From NCBI GenBank assembly GCA_918797485.1, contig CAKKNE010000001.1, forward strand, positions 4,278,001 through 4,342,000: a stretch of DNA of 64,000 bases. Direction: 5' to 3'. The notes beneath the pieces were generated by a model. The model had not been told where the DNA came from, did no database searches, and saw nothing but the letters and a program-made list of their open reading frames with translations. Origin of the DNA: Pelagomonas calceolata. Its lineage: Eukaryota. A program made the position numbers and the translations under genes. Of this stretch, positions 61,567-64,000 are shown piece after piece (position 1 is the stretch's first letter; each line of letters opens with the position of its first letter).

Positions 61567-63201
61567 TCATGACTTCCGGCCGCTCGCGACGGCGGCGGCC
61601 AGGAGCGCGACGAAGAGCGCGGCCTGGTCGCCCGGCGGCAGGGCGAGGACGAAGGTCCCCACGAAGACGGGGACGTAGAGGATGGCCCGCACGCCGGTCA
61701 GCACGCCCTCCGCGTCCGCCGCGGCGAGCGCGGCGAGCGGGTTGTCCAGGTCCAGGTTCGCGAACGCGGACAGGTCGACCTCGGGCAGCTCGAAGGACGA
61801 GAAGTCGAACTCGGGCAGCTCGAAGGCCGGGACTTCCGGCTCAATCACTACCGGCTCCGGCGGCGGCGGCGGCGCTTTCTCGGGCTTGGGCAGCGCCAGC
61901 GCCAGCGCGGCCGCGGCCAGGAACGCGCCGAGCGGCGCCGCGGCAGAGGGCTTCGCGGCGAGCTTCCGGTACGCGTCCGACGAACGGAGGGCCTCGGCGG
62001 ACTTGACCGCAGCCGACATGGCCGCGGCCGAGGCGGCGACGCTCGTCGCGCCGGCCGTCGCCGCCGCCTTTTGCGCCGCGGTCTGGACGGCGGGCGCGGC
62101 CGCGGCGTAAGCTTTTGTCACGACGGGCGCCGCGGCCGAGTACACCTTCGTCACGGCGAGTGCGGCGGCCGAGTAGGCCGTCGAGAGCGTCCGCACCGCC
62201 GGGGCGCTCCGCTCCGCGACGACGGAGACGGCCTGCGCACTTTGTTCCTTGAGCGCCGCGGCGCGCTTCGCGGCCGCTTGAGTAGCGCGCTCCTTGAGCA
62301 ATTCCGCGTAGGGCCCGCCGCGCGCCGCCGCGCGTTTAGCCGCCTCCTGCGCGGCCTTCTGCGTCTCCTGGGCTTTCTTGGAGAGGGCGGACTGGGCCTG
62401 CTGGCTTAGTTTGGCGGAGACGGCGGGCGCGTCCTTGTAGGCCTTTTCCAGGGACCGCTTGGCGGTCTCGGTGTACGTCGGGGCCTTTTTCGCGGTAGAA
62501 TCGATGGTCTTGTAGATAGTGACCGCGGACGAGGCGATGGGCTTGACGGCGTCCTCGACGGCCTTGGACTTGAGGGGCGTGTAGGGTCGCCCCTGCACGA
62601 CCTCGAACAGATCCAAAGCGCCGGAAAGTGCCTTCTTTGCTCCTACGGCAGCCTTCTCCGCGGGCGTGGGCGGCGGCGGCGGCGGCGGGGTGGCCTGCTT
62701 CTTGATCGTGGCGACCGTGAGGAAGAGCGCGATGGTCGTCGCACCGGCGAGCTCAATGTCCGTCCAGCCCGCGGCATGTCCTGCGTCGACGACCGCGGCG
62801 AACGCGCCGCTCGCTGTGGAAGCGCCCGTTGATAAGGCTGCTTCGACGGCCGGTTTCAGCGCATCGCCGCCCTCTTTCAGGGCCGGCACGACTTTCGTAG
62901 AGAACGCCTCCGAAGCCTTGCCCGCGAGTTCGCCGAGCGCGGCCGCCTCGGCGCCGAGCGCGGGGCCCACTTTCGTTGTAATGAATTCGGAAACGCCACC
63001 GGCCGCGCCGGCCACGGCGTCGGGCGCGTTGTAGAGGGCTGCCAGCTGCTCTGCACTTAATGAATTAACAACGTCGTCGGGCAGGAGGTCCGCGACGGCT
63101 TGTACTTGGATCGCGCGGCGCGCTGTCGCGGCTTTCGTCGTTGGTTGGAGGAAGGCGTACGCGGCGGTCGCGCACGCGAGCTGTAACCAAAAGCGCGCCA
63201 T
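61567..63201 (-). CDS. Ala-rich plastid-targeted membrane protein (paralog B)
   Basis: MARFWLQLACATAAYA-FLQP leader; colinear similarity to 59495-61309. Confidence 0.7.
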   Translation of the reverse strand: MARFWLQLACATAAYAFLQPTTKAATARRAIQVQAVADLLPDDVVNSLSAEQLAALYNAPDAVAGAAGGVSEFITTKVGPALGAEAAALGELAGKASEAFSTKVVPALKEGGDALKPAVEAALSTGASTASGAFAAVVDAGHAAGWTDIELAGATTIALFLTVATIKKQATPPPPPPPTPAEKAAVGAKKALSGALDLFEVVQGRPYTPLKSKAVEDAVKPIASSAVTIYKTIDSTAKKAPTYTETAKRSLEKAYKDAPAVSAKLSQQAQSALSKKAQETQKAAQEAAKRAAARGGPYAELLKERATQAAAKRAAALKEQSAQAVSVVAERSAPAVRTLSTAYSAAALAVTKVYSAAAPVVTKAYAAAAPAVQTAAQKAAATAGATSVAASAAAMSAAVKSAEALRSSDAYRKLAAKPSAAAPLGAFLAAAALALALPKPEKAPPPPPEPVVIEPEVPAFELPEFDFSSFELPEVDLSAFANLDLDNPLAALAAADAEGVLTGVRAILYVPVFVGTFVLALPPGDQAALFVALLAAAVASGRKS

Positions 63202-63677
63202 TCTGTTGTTTTGGGTATGGCTGGAGTCTGGGAGAGCTTGTTTGTTGCGCACAGAGTGCCGTTATCAGCGCTGATTGCCGAGCAGCCAAGTTGTGATCTG
63301 TTTTGTGCACTGTTGATTTCTTGTGCCCCAAGATTTGGCAGCGGCTGTGAAAATCCCCCCGCCGATTTCGAGCACGATGGCGCGTGGCAGGGCTGCGGCG
63401 AGTTCAGCATTTGGGACACGTAGTCGTCCGGATGCCGGTTGGAGGACCCTCAAAGAACCTCCTACCGGACCTTTCCTTCCCAAAACCCGAATTGCGCGAA
63501 AAACCCGTCGCAGAAGGCGTCTTTGCTAGCATGCTAGCCACCGACTTTCAGCCGTCATAAGCGCATCGTTGCTGCACGCAGACGCGTTACGGCTGGTCCA
63601 TATCGTCCCGCGGGCAGTCAGCTGCAATCGCTGCGTCAAACCCCGCATCTTACGAGCCAGTAGACCTCATATAGAAC

Positions 63678-64000
63678 ATGCTCCGCACCGCCATCCGTCG
63701 CGCGGCCAGCGCGCGCCCTGCGCGACGCACCCTCTCCGAAGCGTCCATCACCGTCGACTTCCCGGGCGCCTACACGGCCCACCTGGGCGACGAGCCCGCG
63801 GCGACGGCCGAGACCAATAAAACCGAGCTCCTCGAGTACTTCAAGACCATGTACACGATGCGCCGCATGGAGATTACGTGTGATAACGAGTACAAGGCCC
63901 GGACGATCCGCGGGTTCTGCCATTTGTACGACGGCCAGGAGGCGATCGGCACGGGCGTGCAGGCGGCCCTGTCCCCGGAGGACTCGTGGATCACGTCCTA
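63678..64000 (+). CDS. PDHA1: Pyruvate dehydrogenase E1 alpha subunit, mitochondrial (3'-truncated by the window)
   Basis: Manual translation: MLRTAIRR...MYTMRRMEITCDNEYKARTIRGFCHLYDGQEAIGTG. Confidence 0.92.
   Translation, partial: MLRTAIRRAASARPARRTLSEASITVDFPGAYTAHLGDEPAATAETNKTELLEYFKTMYTMRRMEITCDNEYKARTIRGFCHLYDGQEAIGTGVQAALSPEDSWITS

Noticed and set aside
1..64000. rRNA, tRNA or autonomous transposase genes
   Set aside because: No cloverleaf, rRNA-like segment, or DDE/RT ORF was recognised by eye; tRNAscan-SE or Infernal would be needed to exclude small RNAs

Overview
Gene-dense, GC-rich eukaryotic nuclear DNA with about 45 protein-coding genes, short spliceosomal introns and very short intergenic gaps. 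The gene content, ASAFAP-type bipartite plastid leaders, MYND-RINGv-TPR and ankyrin families and introner-like introns suggest a pelagophyte stramenopile alga (Pelagomonas/Aureococcus-like); this is inference, not a database result. Recognisable housekeeping genes: ATP10, SRP receptor alpha, RPS17, PAM16, RIT1, SCO1, a mitochondrial citrate-type carrier, an aquaglyceroporin, ACBP-ankyrin and a partial PDH E1-alpha. Most notable observations: (1) after splicing one 67-nt intron, an inward-rectifier (Kir-type) K+ channel is fused to two tandem DHAR/CLIC-like glutathione-transferase domains, next to a second Kir gene; (2) a SUMO-like fold is split in two by an inserted 2OG-Fe(II) dioxygenase domain; (3) several introns look like small DNA transposons, with terminal inverted repeats, about 8-bp target-site duplications that supply the GT donor, and a shared internal CGCCATCGACGCG motif; (4) a CTAG-bracketed ~22-bp motif (GCTAGCG-N-GTAASACACTAG) recurs at least 11 times upstream of genes, mostly in divergent promoters; (5) a multi-pass membrane protein ends in a RelA/SpoT-like domain; (6) a divergent XPG/FEN1-like nuclease is paired head-to-head with an orphan ORF carrying a possible HUH motif. 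All family calls are from motif recognition by eye; no searches were run.
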